Shown here: piece after piece, positions 49,273 through 60,382 of the stretch
Numbering within the stretch: position 1 is the stretch's first letter
Layout of the letters: every line of letters starts with the position of its first letter
Source: an uncultured Candidatus Saccharibacteria bacterium
GTDB taxonomy: Bacteria > Patescibacteriota > Minisyncoccia > Phycocordibacterales > UBA12445
Direction: 5' to 3'
NCBI GenBank assembly: GCA_964531375.1
Contig: CAZHDO010000003.1
Span: 17,983 to 81,982 of the forward strand
Length of the DNA: 64,000 bases
The notes under the pieces: model-generated
What the model was told of the DNA's origin: nothing
Databases searched by the model: none
Seen by the model: the letters and a program-made list of their open reading frames with translations, nothing else
Program-made: the position numbers and the translations under genes

Positions 49273-51264
49273 TTACTTAACTAAAAACTTTGCAATCAAA
49301 AGGGCAACAATGTTTGCGACTTTAATCATAGGGTTAATAGCTGGTCCAGCTGTGTCCTTGTAAGGATCACCAACGGTGTCTCCTGTAACAGCGGCCTGAT
49401 GAGCAAAGGATTTCTTTCCTCCATAATTTCCTTCCTCGATATACTTCTTGGCATTATCCCAAGCAGCACCACCTGAGGTCATAGAAAGACCCAAAAAGAT
49501 ACCTGTTACAATAAGACCAACAAGAAGTCCACCAAGTGCTTGTGCTCCCAACAAGAAACCGACAGCAATTGGGAAAACAATTGGTATAAGTGCTGGTATA
49601 ATCATCTCTTTTAATGCTGCTTTTGTAACGATATCAACACACTGGGCATAGTCTGGCTTACCTGTTCCATCCATAATCCCCTTAATCTCTCTAAACTGTC
49701 TTCGAACCTCCTCCACAACAGATCCAGCAGCTCTTCCAACAGCCTCCATAGCAATAGAAGCAAAAAGATAAGGCATCATACCTCCAATAAATAAACCGAT
49801 CAAAACATTCACATTACTTAGATCAAAAACAACTGTCTGTCCCCCATTTACAGCTGAAATTTCTTGAGTATACGAAGCGAAGAGAACCAAGGCTGCAAGT
49901 CCGGCAGAAGCTATAGCATAACCTTTTGTAACAGCTTTAGTTGTGTTTCCGACAGCATCTAATGGGTCTGTAATATTTCTAACTGATTCTGGTAATCCAG
50001 CCATTTCAGCAATACCACCAGCATTATCTGTAATAGGACCAAAAGCATCAATTGCAATAATTATTCCAGCCAACGAAAGCATACTTAGAGTTGCGAGAGC
50101 AATACCATAAAGACCAGCAAAGAAATATGATCCGTAAATAGCGGCTGTAATTACTAATATTGGCAATGCTGTTGCCTGCATAGAGACAGCCAATCCTGTA
50201 ATTATGTTTGTACCATGTCCAGTTGTGGAAGCTTTAGCAATTCTTTGAACAGGACTAAACATTTTTGAAGTATAGTACTCTGTAATAACAACCATTAATA
50301 TTGTTACAGCAAGACCAATAACTAAAGGCCAAAAAATATTAAGACCTTCTGGTATCGTAACCAAACTATTTACATTTGAAATGTAATAGAAAAATGCAAG
50401 CTGTAAAATTATCGTTGCAGCAAGTCCCTTGTAAAGGGCGGCCATAATTCCACCAGTCAATCTTACAAACAAAGAACCAATTATTGATGCAAGAATCGAA
50501 ACCGAACCAATGAGAAGTGGTAATTCAAGAATCATCTTATCTCCAGGAAAAGAGATATTTCCCAAAATCATTACTGACAAGACAGAGACGACATATGTTT
50601 CAAAAAGATCAGCTGCCATACCAGCATCGTCACCCACATTGTCTCCCACGTTATCTGCAATAACCGCTGGATTTCTTGGATCATCTTCTGGAATACCAGC
50701 CTCAACTTTTCCAACTAAGTCAGCACCAACATCTGCACCCTTTGTAAAAATCCCTCCACCAAGACGAGCAAAAACAGAAATAAGAGAAGCGCCAAAACCA
50801 AGACCAATTAATGAATTTACGTCACCTGCATATTTATAGAATAATGAAAGAGAAAGAAGTGCTAGACCTACAACAAAAAATCCAGTAACAGCACCACCCT
50901 TAAACCCAAGGGAGAAAGCTTCGGAAAGTCCCTTCTTGGCCTCTTCAGCAACGCGTGAATTTGCCTTAACAGCAACAATCATTCCGATGTATCCTGCAAG
51001 CATTGAAGACAAGGCTCCAACAACGAAACCGAGAGCAATCATTCTTCCAAGCCAAATTGCAAGCAATATGGTAATAACAAAACCAACCCCAAAAACAGTT
51101 TTATTTTGTCTTGAAAGGTAAGCTCTCGCACCATCCTCAATAGCCTGCTGAATTGACTTCATTTTGTCGTTTCCAGCCGACTTCTTCATAACACTACTTA
51201 CCAAAAAAGCTCCATACAACAAAGAAATTATGGAAGCGACCATCGAAATCGTAAAAATAGACAT
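49273..51264 (-). CDS. hppA: Membrane-bound Na+/H+-translocating pyrophosphatase
   Basis: [36 protein letters not shown]. Confidence 0.95.
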   Translation of the reverse strand: MSIFTISMVASIISLLYGAFLVSSVMKKSAGNDKMKSIQQAIEDGARAYLSRQNKTVFGVGFVITILLAIWLGRMIALGFVVGALSSMLAGYIGMIVAVKANSRVAEEAKKGLSEAFSLGFKGGAVTGFFVVGLALLSLSLFYKYAGDVNSLIGLGFGASLISVFARLGGGIFTKGADVGADLVGKVEAGIPEDDPRNPAVIADNVGDNVGDDAGMAADLFETYVVSVLSVMILGNISFPGDKMILELPLLIGSVSILASIIGSLFVRLTGGIMAALYKGLAATIILQLAFFYYISNVNSLVTIPEGLNIFWPLVIGLAVTILMVVITEYYTSKMFSPVQRIAKASTTGHGTNIITGLAVSMQATALPILVITAAIYGSYFFAGLYGIALATLSMLSLAGIIIAIDAFGPITDNAGGIAEMAGLPESVRNITDPLDAVGNTTKAVTKGYAIASAGLAALVLFASYTQEISAVNGGQTVVFDLSNVNVLIGLFIGGMMPYLFASIAMEAVGRAAGSVVEEVRRQFREIKGIMDGTGKPDYAQCVDIVTKAALKEMIIPALIPIVFPIAVGFLLGAQALGGLLVGLIVTGIFLGLSMTSGGAAWDNAKKYIEEGNYGGKKSFAHQAAVTGDTVGDPYKDTAGPAINPMIKVANIVALLIAKFLVK

Positions 51265-51356
51265 ATATTAGTTATATATAAACCTTAATAATAAACTTTT
51301 AATGTGAGGCCTATTATATAGATAAATTTAGCTTTTAGCAAGGAAAAGCTTTATTT

Positions 51357-52373
51357 TTAAACCTGTATTAAATTTTCGTTTCTACCCTCAACAAACGCCC
51401 TAATATTACAAATGGTAATCTTTAGAATCTCCTCCTCAGCTTCTTTTGTAAAAAAAGCAATATGCGGAGTGACAATTACTTGTGGAAGATCAATTAGTAT
51501 ATGGTCTTCGTACAACACCTTGAAATCTTTTATTTTCTCATCTCGATTATTTATAAGCTGAGATTCTTCTTTGAGTTGTCTTTCCGCTTCAAGCACATCC
51601 AAACCTGCACCAGCAAGATCACCACCCTTAATAGCATTAAGCAATGCTTCTGTTTCAACTATCTCTCCCCTTGCAGTATTTATAAGATACGCGCCCTTTT
51701 TTATTTTTCCAATATTATTTTTATTTATTAGATGATATGTGCTTTTATTAAATAAAGTATGAATCGAAATAATATCAGAACCAGCCAAAACTTCCTCTAA
51801 AGATGTGCATTTCGTACAAGTCTCTGAAGCGAACTTTTCATCAGGCGCAATATCATAAGCAAGAATATTCATTCCAAAACCCTTCGCCATCCTAATTACA
51901 TTTTTACCAATCTTCCCCATTCCAATAATGCCAAGTGTCTTTCCATAAAGATCAAAACCTTCAAGATTCGAAATATTAAAATCAGAACCCTCTCGGAGTT
52001 GATTATAAGCAGGGTATATCTTCCTAGACAAAGAAAGAATTAAGGCGAACGTAAATTCAGCCACAGTATGAGTCCCATAGGAAGGAACGTTAGCAACCCT
52101 TATGCCCTTTTCCGTCGCGTACGAAATATCAACATGATCATAACCGGTTGACCTTGTGGCAATAAACTTAAGACTTGGAAGCTGTTCAATAACGTCTTTT
52201 TTAATTTCAGAATTTATAAAAATAGAAATAATATCAGCGTCTTTTGCTTCACTAATATTTTCAATACTTAATTTTTTATCAGTAAAAACAAATTCTAAGT
52301 TTGGAATATTTTTAATTAACCCACCAAGCATAGCCCTATCCTTGTCACTTGTCTCGAAAAATACAGATTTCAT
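51357..52373 (-). CDS. D-isomer 2-hydroxyacid (D-lactate-like) dehydrogenase
   Basis: RSTGYDHVD, GIIGMGKIG, INTARG, TPHIAF. Confidence 0.9.
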   Translation of the reverse strand: MKSVFFETSDKDRAMLGGLIKNIPNLEFVFTDKKLSIENISEAKDADIISIFINSEIKKDVIEQLPSLKFIATRSTGYDHVDISYATEKGIRVANVPSYGTHTVAEFTFALILSLSRKIYPAYNQLREGSDFNISNLEGFDLYGKTLGIIGMGKIGKNVIRMAKGFGMNILAYDIAPDEKFASETCTKCTSLEEVLAGSDIISIHTLFNKSTYHLINKNNIGKIKKGAYLINTARGEIVETEALLNAIKGGDLAGAGLDVLEAERQLKEESQLINNRDEKIKDFKVLYEDHILIDLPQVIVTPHIAFFTKEAEEEILKITICNIRAFVEGRNENLIQV

Positions 52374-52515
52374 TTTATTTTTTAGTTATTAACACCTTGA
52401 TTATACATTATTTCCAAACAAAAACCCAAAATATTTAACTTGATTTCCGGTCGAAAATGTATCATTAAATTATCCACTTTTGCATTTTATTAAAATAATA
52501 TATAGTAGTGTTCTT

Positions 52516-53727
52516 ATGAAAGAAACAATAAAAAAAATAGTAGCAAAAGAGATATTAGACTCAAGAGGTAACCCAACAGTTAGCGTTACAATCTCATCAG
52601 AAAATTTTGAAGCAAGCACAGATACTCCATCCGGAGCGAGTACTGGAAAATACGAAGCAGTCGAACTTAGAGATGGCGATAAAAGTCGTTTTAATGGCAA
52701 GGGTGTGCTTAAAGCAGTAGAAAATATTAACAAAACAATAGCATCAGCGCTGATTGGAAAAGATCCTCTTAATCAAGAAGAGATTGACAGGATTATGTTA
52801 AGCCTGGATGGAACTCCAAATAAATCCAATCTTGGAGGAAATGCAACCATTGCCGTAAGTATTGCAGTATTAAAATTAGCTGCAAAAATCTCAAATAAAC
52901 CTCTTTACGAATACATAAAGGAAACTGCAAAAATAAAACCTTCAAGGAAATTTCCATATTTACAAATGAACCTTGTGAATGGCGGACAACATGCATCATC
53001 ATCACTAGCTTTTCAGGAATATCACACAATCGCTGACACAGAAAACCTAAACGAAGCTATTGAAAATATCTACAGAGTGCAAAATGAACTTAAAAAAACA
53101 CTAAAAGCAAATACAGGCGACGAAGGCGGATTTGTACCACAAATGTCGGAGATAGAAGAGCCATTAGTTGCTTTTAATAAAGCAGTTGAGACGGTTGGTC
53201 TTACTGGAAAGGTAAAATATTCCCTAGATGTCGCGTCTTCATCTTTTTTTGAGGATGGTCTTTACGATATTGGAAATAAGAAAATTACAGCTGAAGAGCT
53301 TTTGTCTATTTACAAAGACCTTTGCAATAAATATCCAATAATTTCAATTGAAGATCCTTTCAATGAAGATGATTTTGAAATGTTCGCAAAATTAAAAAAG
53401 GAAATTCCTAGCATAATTGTTATTGGTGATGACCTAACAGTTACCAACAAATCAAAACTTCAAGACGCGATCAAGTTGAATAGCGTCGGCGGTTTAATAA
53501 TCAAACCAAACCAGATTGGCACAATGACAGAAGTTTTTGAAACAATGAAACTAGCCAGAGACAATAATATCAATTGTGTGGTAAGTCACAGAAGCGGAGA
53601 AACAAATGATGATTTTATCGCTGACCTCGCCATTGGAACTGGGGCTTATGCGGTAAAATTTGGAGCCTTACAAAGAGGAGAGAGAATTGCTAAATACAAC
53701 AGATTAAGTTCGATTATAAATTACTAA
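52516..53727 (+). CDS. eno: Enolase
   Basis: EILDSRGNPTV, PSGASTG, GDEGGF, SHRSGET, ERIAKYNRL. Confidence 0.95.
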   Translation: MKETIKKIVAKEILDSRGNPTVSVTISSENFEASTDTPSGASTGKYEAVELRDGDKSRFNGKGVLKAVENINKTIASALIGKDPLNQEEIDRIMLSLDGTPNKSNLGGNATIAVSIAVLKLAAKISNKPLYEYIKETAKIKPSRKFPYLQMNLVNGGQHASSSLAFQEYHTIADTENLNEAIENIYRVQNELKKTLKANTGDEGGFVPQMSEIEEPLVAFNKAVETVGLTGKVKYSLDVASSSFFEDGLYDIGNKKITAEELLSIYKDLCNKYPIISIEDPFNEDDFEMFAKLKKEIPSIIVIGDDLTVTNKSKLQDAIKLNSVGGLIIKPNQIGTMTEVFETMKLARDNNINCVVSHRSGETNDDFIADLAIGTGAYAVKFGALQRGERIAKYNRLSSIINY

Positions 53728-53737
53728 TTTAAAAAAA

Positions 53738-54544
53738 ATGAAAAAGGAATACTCAAGATCCTACACAGTTGCAACCATAGGACCAGCTTCAGGTGAAGTG
53801 GAAACTTTAAAAAAAATGATTGCCCACAGAATGGACTTAGCAAGACTTAATTTTTCTCACGGGACACACGAAACACACGCGAAATATATAGCAGCTATTA
53901 GAGAAGCATCAAAACTTAATGAGAGATATATTCCTATCATACAAGACCTTTCTGGACCAAGAGAAAAAACAGATGATGGTCACCAACTAAACAAAGAATT
54001 AGAATCTGTAATAACAGATAAAGACAAAGAGGATCTTAAATTTGGACTGGAGCAAAACGTTGATTATGTGGCGCTTTCCTATGTATCAAGCGGAAAGGAT
54101 GTTATAGAACTTCGTGACCTAATGGAAAAATATGGAAAGGTAAAACCAATCATTGCAAAAATAGAAAGACCAGAAGCGATACCAAACCTAGACGATATAA
54201 TAGAAAAAACAGATGCGGTAATGGTCGCCAGAGGTGATCTTGGAAATTCCATGCCGCTTGAACAGTTGCCATTCCTTCAGGCAATGATTGTAAAAAAATG
54301 CAACAAAGCTCAAAAGCCTGTTATTGTTGCAACACAGATGATGTTATCGATGGTTAATTCCCCAACCCCGACACGAGCCGAGGTTACAGATGTTTCAAAC
54401 GCCATTCTACAAGGTGCAGATGGTGTTATGCTCTCAGAAGAAACGACAATTGGAAAATATCCCGTCCAAACAGTTGAAATGATGGAAAAAATTGTTCTTG
54501 AGGCCGAGAAATATACAAATGGGAGATTGCCAAATAAATTATAA
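53738..54544 (+). CDS. pyk: Pyruvate kinase, TIM-barrel-only form
   Basis: ATIGPAS, RLNFSHG, IAKIE, MVARGDLG, ATQMM, RAEVTDV, VMLSEET. Confidence 0.9.
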   Translation: MKKEYSRSYTVATIGPASGEVETLKKMIAHRMDLARLNFSHGTHETHAKYIAAIREASKLNERYIPIIQDLSGPREKTDDGHQLNKELESVITDKDKEDLKFGLEQNVDYVALSYVSSGKDVIELRDLMEKYGKVKPIIAKIERPEAIPNLDDIIEKTDAVMVARGDLGNSMPLEQLPFLQAMIVKKCNKAQKPVIVATQMMLSMVNSPTPTRAEVTDVSNAILQGADGVMLSEETTIGKYPVQTVEMMEKIVLEAEKYTNGRLPNKL

Positions 54545-54664
54545 AATAATATTTACTTGGGGATAACTTTTGGACAGTATTTTTTACAAGGAGTAAAATA
54601 TATGTAAGGTTCCTAGAATGGTACCGGTCGGGATAATTTTATAAATAAATTTAAATAAAAAAAT

Positions 54665-54862
54665 ATGCAAAAATTAGCTTGGATTTTAACAACAATTGGG
54701 GCATTGAATTGGGGATTAATTGGAATAGGTGCGATAATGACGACTAATCTAAATATAGTAAACTTACTGCTTGGCAACTACCCAATGATAGAGGTTTCTG
54801 TTTATATTTTAGTGGGCATAGCAGCTCTTATTAGAATTCCTTCCTGGAAATCAATTGAATAA
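54665..54862 (+). CDS. DUF378 family small membrane protein
   Basis: IGALNWGLIG..YILVGIAAL. Confidence 0.85.
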   Translation: MQKLAWILTTIGALNWGLIGIGAIMTTNLNIVNLLLGNYPMIEVSVYILVGIAALIRIPSWKSIE

Positions 54863-54968
54863 TTGAGTCTTTGTATTAGTTTTAAAATACCGCTTTCTTA
54901 AGAAGGCGGTATTTTTTACAAAAAGGAATGACCGCAATAAATGCGGTCACAATAAACTGGCTCTCATC

Positions 54969-55523
54969 TCAGTGTTCAGTCTCCAAGATTTCGATAACTT
55001 CCAAAATCCTTTTTTTGAGAACAGAAACAAACTCAAGCCTGTAAGATATTTTTTTGAAAGAAGCATCAAGATACTTCACAGTCTCACTTTCCAAAAAAGA
55101 ATGGAGGTATTGTCCAAATCTGCCATAGGCATTTGTTCCAATACTACCATCGGCCCTACTGTACAGGATTGAATTAAAAAACCCAGGACTTGCCTTTATT
55201 GCACCGCAAGCTGACTCGAATTTTTTGCGTTCATCAGACACAACATCGCACACATCAGGTACCAAAATGATGTCGTTCACATACAAGGATTCTCCAATTG
55301 TTTTTTTTGAAGACCCGCGCGCGATTACCCAAGTAGAACTTTTCCTCTCGTGAAGATGAAGTCTTTTGTACTCCATAGTCTCCAAAACGTCTCCATTAAG
55401 TTTATCGACTGTTGTGGAAACAGGTTGACATACAATGTTGTGAATTTTTATCTTACCGACTTCGTCGAGTAATGATAAAAAAAGCAACTCAACCAAAACA
55501 TCTGAACCAACATAACTCCTCAT
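54969..55523 (-). CDS. Orphan hypothetical protein (184 aa)
   Basis: AAGGAAG SD, TTGACT-17-CATAAT promoter, terminator 54929-54949. Confidence 0.7.
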   Translation of the reverse strand: MRSYVGSDVLVELLFLSLLDEVGKIKIHNIVCQPVSTTVDKLNGDVLETMEYKRLHLHERKSSTWVIARGSSKKTIGESLYVNDIILVPDVCDVVSDERKKFESACGAIKASPGFFNSILYSRADGSIGTNAYGRFGQYLHSFLESETVKYLDASFKKISYRLEFVSVLKKRILEVIEILETEH

Positions 55524-55625
55524 TGTTAGCTTCCTTTCAAAATTTTTTAAATGTACAAATTTATTTCCTAATAATTATGAGAGTATTTTATTTTCAAGTC
55601 AATTTAAAACTGTGGATTTCTATTA

Positions 55626-56015
55626 TTAGTTAAATTTAATTTTAAAATTATACATCCCCATACCACACAAACCCTGAATTTCGGAACCAATATTTTGCGC
55701 TGGGATATCAACCAAAGTCTCTCCGTTTAAAGGAAGATTTTTTCTAAAATTAATAGCTGGAATAGATAAAGCTGATGAGCAATCATATGTGCTATTTGTT
55801 ATTACCTTTACCACGGTTGGAACACCAGCTTTTGCCAAAGTTTCTCTTGGCGAATAACCGCCCTTTGCATTAATCTCTATTATTTGTTTACCATCTACCA
55901 CACTAACATTATTGCTATCTTTTATATTAACGGGGTCTATTTTCCCAGGAGAAAAACGTAAAGCAAAAAAAATTAGAAATACTGCTAAGATTGTGGAAAT
56001 AATTATTGGTTTCAT
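55626..56015 (-). CDS. Cupredoxin-like domain protein
   Basis: GGYSP, YDCS, CGMGMY. Confidence 0.8.
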   Translation of the reverse strand: MKPIIISTILAVFLIFFALRFSPGKIDPVNIKDSNNVSVVDGKQIIEINAKGGYSPRETLAKAGVPTVVKVITNSTYDCSSALSIPAINFRKNLPLNGETLVDIPAQNIGSEIQGLCGMGMYNFKIKFN

Positions 56016-56026
56016 TATTTTAGAAA

Positions 56027-57037
56027 TTAAAAAACAGGTGGTATTAATCCAATTACCACCAAACTATTTATAATATTAAACAACGACATGGTTATAATTA
56101 TAATCCCAATGGTCTTAAAAAAAATACTTTGTTTCTTTCCACTTTTAATTCGGTATGAGCTAAAACCAATCAACACCAAGACTGGTAATGTTCCTAACGC
56201 GAACATGAACATAGTTAACGCACCGCTAAAAAAACTCCCAGTACTGAGTGCATAAAACTGCATTGATTGAGTAAAACCGCAAGGTAAGAAAAAAGTTAAA
56301 ACCCCAACAACAAAAGGCGTAACTCTATTATTAAAATCCGAGACTAACAAAACTTTTTTTGATAATAATTTTGGCATAGATATTTGAAATCTTTTAGCGA
56401 AATCAAAAACACCAAGAAGGTTTACACCCATGAAAAACATAACCAAACCAACAGAGAGTATCATTAAGAAATTCATTGTTTCACTAATTTGAAACGTAGC
56501 ACCCAATTGCCCAATAACACCACCTAAAAAGAAAAAAGAAATTAACCGTCCTAAGTGAAATAGAATTTGTGGCATAACCTTATCTCCTCCTTGAGAGAAA
56601 GTAGCCGATAAAGAAAGAAGAAAACCGCCAACAACCGCCATGCAAGTAGAAAGTGAAGCTACAATACCAATCAAAAATATTGACCAGAAATTCATCTCCT
56701 TTACCGAAACCAAATTAGCAATTCCTGCTTTTTGAAGCAATATAAATAATGCAATAACAATAATGGCAACAGGAACAGAAATTTTAAAATCAGAATAATC
56801 TTTGTTAATATTTTTTTCTACCACAAAACCATATCCACGATCTGAAAAGAGGTTACTCAAAATAATAGCAATTTCCTTTTCATTTTTATTTCCGAAATTT
56901 GCCTCAATTTCCACAGAGTGTTCTATAAAATTCGGATCAATATTTTTTATTTCAGAAATCTTTTTTAACTCATCATCTATATGAATCATGCAAGACTTAC
57001 AATGAGTTCCGTTAATATAAAATTTATATTTTTTCAT
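56027..57037 (-). CDS. HMA + DsbD_2/TauE-like membrane protein
   Basis: GTHCKSC, STCMAVVGG, FLPCGFTQ, FALGT. Confidence 0.82.
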   Translation of the reverse strand: MKKYKFYINGTHCKSCMIHIDDELKKISEIKNIDPNFIEHSVEIEANFGNKNEKEIAIILSNLFSDRGYGFVVEKNINKDYSDFKISVPVAIIVIALFILLQKAGIANLVSVKEMNFWSIFLIGIVASLSTCMAVVGGFLLSLSATFSQGGDKVMPQILFHLGRLISFFFLGGVIGQLGATFQISETMNFLMILSVGLVMFFMGVNLLGVFDFAKRFQISMPKLLSKKVLLVSDFNNRVTPFVVGVLTFFLPCGFTQSMQFYALSTGSFFSGALTMFMFALGTLPVLVLIGFSSYRIKSGKKQSIFFKTIGIIIITMSLFNIINSLVVIGLIPPVF

Positions 57038-57038
57038 A

Positions 57039-59306
57039 TTATAGTTTTATGGTTTTTAATCTAAGTGAATTCAACACAACAGAAACACTAGAAAATGCCA
57101 TAGCAAAACCAGCAAAAGCAGGATTTAATAACCAACCAAACAGTGGGTAAAACAAACCACCAGCAAGCGGTATTCCAATTAAATTATAAAAGAATGCCCA
57201 AAAGAGATTCTGTCTTATAGTTCTCATTGTGAGCTTTGAAAGCTTAATAGATTTAACCAATTTTTCCATATCTCCATGCAAGATAGTTATTCCAGCTGAC
57301 TCTATGGCAATATCAGTTCCAGTACTCATCGCAATGCCGACATCTGCCTTAGCAAGCGCTGGTGCATCATTAATACCATCACCAACCATTGCGACACTCC
57401 TCCCCCTGCTCTGCAATCGTTCTATTTGCAAAAGCTTATCCTGCGGCATTAATTCAGCAACAACCTCGTCTATGCCAACCAACGACGCTATATATGATGC
57501 GGTATTTTTATCATCACCCGTCAGCATCACTACTTTTAATTTTAAATTATGTAAACTTTTTACTGCTTCAATAACTTCTGGCTTAATTTTATCAGCGACC
57601 ATCACAATTCCAACAACCACATTTTTGTCTGCTAAAATTATTGGGGTCTTGCCTTGAGTCGTCTCTTTTCTAATTTCTTCTTTGTCTAATTTTAAACCAA
57701 GCTCTTCTATAAATTTCACGTTACCTGCAAAATATTCAGTACCCGCAACTACCCCTTTTAACCCCCTGCCTTTTATTGCTTCAAAACTAGAAACTGCGTC
57801 AAAATTAATTTTTTTATCTTTTACATAATTCATTATTGCCACTGAAATTGGGTGTTCAGATTTATTCTCTAATGAAGCAAGTATTGAAATTATCTCTTCT
57901 TCTTTTTTGTTAGAATAATTTTTAATCGAGACAACCTCGGGCCTTCCTTTGGTTATTGTCCCTGTTTTATCCATAACAACCGTATCGATATTATGAAGTT
58001 TTTCCAAAGTAGTGGCGTCTTTAATTAAAATACCCTCCCTTGCTCCCTTTCCAACCCCAACAATAATTGCAGTTGGGGTTGCTAAACCGAGCGCACAAGG
58101 ACAAGCAATAACCAGAACACCAACAAACGAAGCTATACCATAAGAAATCGCACTAGAAAGGCCAAGATAAGAAGAACCGACACCAAACCACATTACCAAA
58201 GAAAAAGTAGCAATAGCGAGAACCACGGGAACAAAGACAGCTGATATCTTATCTGCAAGCTCCTGTATTGGCGCCTTACTACCTTGGGCCATTTCAACCA
58301 TCATTATTATTTGAGACAAAAGCGTCTCCTCTCCAATCTTAGTTGCCTTAAAAATAAATGTTCCATTCGTATTCATTGTTCCACCAGAGACAGAGTCGCC
58401 AATCTTTTTTTCAGAAGGAATTGGTTCCCCAGTCATCATTGACTCATCAACAAAAGAACCACCATCGACAACAACACCATCAACAGGAATTTTTGCTCCA
58501 GGTTTAATAATTATCAAATCCCCTCTTTTAACCTTGTCGATTGGCATTTCCACCCCTACCTCATTTTTTAAAACAAGAGCTGTTTTTGCTTGAAGATTCA
58601 ATAATTTTTCAATCGCATCACCTGTCTTTAGTTTCGATTTAGCTTCGAGATATTTTCCTAAATTTACAAAAGCAATAACGACAATTGTTATGTCAAAATA
58701 TGTATACTGAATATTAAAATAATTTTTTAAATAACTACCGAAAAGAATAATGAAAACACTATAAGTAAAGGCGGTAATAGTACCAATACCAATAAGTGTA
58801 TCCATGTTTGCTTTACCATATCTCAAGAAACGCAAAACTCCTTCAAAATATATTTTACCAGCAAATACGAGAGTAAAAGCAGACATGAGTGGTATAATTA
58901 CGTTCAATATATTAAATATATTAATTGGAATAGGTGTAATTAATCCCGAGATAGATAATGCATCCCAAAACATCGCAGAGATACAAAATATGGCAAGAGG
59001 TATTGTTACGTTAATCTTATTTTTCATTTCCGTAATTTCAGCTAACTTCTCTTCTTTTGACTGATTCAAACCGAGATGACCGGCGTGTTCTTCTGCTGTC
59101 ATAATTTTATAACCCAGTGGCTCTACTTTTTTAGATAAATATCCGTAATCTTTAACAGTATCATCAAAATCAACCTGAACGGTTTCAGTACCAAAATTCA
59201 CGCTTGCGGAAACTACTCCTTTAGTATTTTTTAAACTTTTTTCTATATTTGATGCACACGAAGCGCAATGCATTCCCTTTACCCTGAAAGTTTTTTTATT
59301 TGCCAT
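57039..59306 (-). CDS. copA: Cu(I)-transporting P1B ATPase
   Basis: [35 protein letters not shown]. Confidence 0.94.
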   Translation of the reverse strand: MANKKTFRVKGMHCASCASNIEKSLKNTKGVVSASVNFGTETVQVDFDDTVKDYGYLSKKVEPLGYKIMTAEEHAGHLGLNQSKEEKLAEITEMKNKINVTIPLAIFCISAMFWDALSISGLITPIPINIFNILNVIIPLMSAFTLVFAGKIYFEGVLRFLRYGKANMDTLIGIGTITAFTYSVFIILFGSYLKNYFNIQYTYFDITIVVIAFVNLGKYLEAKSKLKTGDAIEKLLNLQAKTALVLKNEVGVEMPIDKVKRGDLIIIKPGAKIPVDGVVVDGGSFVDESMMTGEPIPSEKKIGDSVSGGTMNTNGTFIFKATKIGEETLLSQIIMMVEMAQGSKAPIQELADKISAVFVPVVLAIATFSLVMWFGVGSSYLGLSSAISYGIASFVGVLVIACPCALGLATPTAIIVGVGKGAREGILIKDATTLEKLHNIDTVVMDKTGTITKGRPEVVSIKNYSNKKEEEIISILASLENKSEHPISVAIMNYVKDKKINFDAVSSFEAIKGRGLKGVVAGTEYFAGNVKFIEELGLKLDKEEIRKETTQGKTPIILADKNVVVGIVMVADKIKPEVIEAVKSLHNLKLKVVMLTGDDKNTASYIASLVGIDEVVAELMPQDKLLQIERLQSRGRSVAMVGDGINDAPALAKADVGIAMSTGTDIAIESAGITILHGDMEKLVKSIKLSKLTMRTIRQNLFWAFFYNLIGIPLAGGLFYPLFGWLLNPAFAGFAMAFSSVSVVLNSLRLKTIKL

Positions 59307-59308
59307 TT

Positions 59309-59569
59309 TTAATTAGATAAATTAAATATTTTTAATAATTCATCTATTGCCTTACTTTTGTTATCTGCAAATTGATGCACGGCACATGTATCAAGATGTC
59401 CTGCCAGTAGGTCGCGTTTTACTTTTTTTAAAAGACCTATAGCACTATCGACCTGTTGGATTATCTCTGGACAATATCTATCATCCTCTATCATTTTTGT
59501 AACTTTATTTATTGTCCCCAGTGACTGCTTAATACACTTTAAAGTTTTAGCATTGTTTATTTCTTTCAT
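59309..59569 (-). CDS. csoR: Copper-sensing repressor CsoR family
   Basis: [15 protein letters not shown]. Confidence 0.88.
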   Translation of the reverse strand: MKEINNAKTLKCIKQSLGTINKVTKMIEDDRYCPEIIQQVDSAIGLLKKVKRDLLAGHLDTCAVHQFADNKSKAIDELLKIFNLSN

Positions 59570-59592
59570 AATGTTTAATATTAGCTACTTAG

Positions 59593-59615
59593 TATAACCT
59601 ATATCATAGGTTATA
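59593..59615. promoter_or_regulatory. Probable CsoR operator
   Basis: TATAACCTAT-atc-ATAGGTTATA perfect inverted repeat just upstream of csoR. Confidence 0.7.
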
Positions 59616-59688
59616 GGTTACAATTTTGCAACATATTCACACACAGACATGTTATAATAGTAAACTAAATATATAAAATTATAAATCA

Positions 59689-60183
59689 ATGCTAACAGAC
59701 TTTTTTTCTAAAGAAATAATTGTATTTTTACTAGGAGCAGCGCCGGTGTCTGAGGTTAGAGGAGCAATACCAGTAGGAATGCTTGTTTTTGGTTTTCCTG
59801 TATTAAAAACCTATATATTGGCAACGCTAGGAAACATAACTCCTGTTATCCCCCTACTACTCTTTCTTGATAGATTTTCTAAATACCTAATGAAAAAATC
59901 ACTCTTGCTGAATAATTTTTTTAATTGGTTATTTGAAAGAACAAGGGTGAAACATAGTGGTCATTTTGATAAATGGAAATACGCACCATTGGCCTTATTT
60001 ATCTTTGTGGCCATACCTGTTCCTCTTACAGGAGCATGGAGCGGTGTAATTGCTGCAATTATTTTTGGTATACCATTTTTTGAAGCGGCAGTATCAATAT
60101 CCTTAGGGGTCGCTGTGGCGGGTGTCCTTGTTGTGCTTTTAACAAGCCTTGGAATACTAACGGCGAGTCAGTTTATGCTTTAA
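59689..60183 (+). CDS. Small multidrug export family (COG2426) membrane protein
   Basis: PVSEVRGAIP, FVAIPVPLTGAWSG. Confidence 0.85.
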   Translation: MLTDFFSKEIIVFLLGAAPVSEVRGAIPVGMLVFGFPVLKTYILATLGNITPVIPLLLFLDRFSKYLMKKSLLLNNFFNWLFERTRVKHSGHFDKWKYAPLALFIFVAIPVPLTGAWSGVIAAIIFGIPFFEAAVSISLGVAVAGVLVVLLTSLGILTASQFML

Positions 60184-60193
60184 TTTTATAAAA

Positions 60194-60226
60194 AAAAACC
60201 ACCGCTTAAATTAAGTGGTGGTTTTT
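60194..60226. terminator. Bidirectional terminator
   Basis: AAAAACCACCGCTTAA/TTAAGTGGTGGTTTTT. Confidence 0.75.
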
Positions 60227-60232
60227 ATAATT

Positions 60233-60295
60233 TTACTTAGCTTTCTTCTTTGGCTTCTTTGTCTCTTTTTTTCGAGAATCGTTTCCTTTTGCCAT
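60233..60295 (-). CDS. Tiny Lys-rich peptide (20 aa), tentative
   Basis: MAKGNDSRKKETKKPKKKAK; AT-rich leader, terminator immediately downstream. Confidence 0.45.
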   Translation of the reverse strand: MAKGNDSRKKETKKPKKKAK

Positions 60296-60382
60296 TTTAT
60301 TTTCTCAATTAATTTTTAATAAGATAATTATATCATAATAATTTTTTCACAAAATAAATTACTGTGGATAATTATCCAAACC

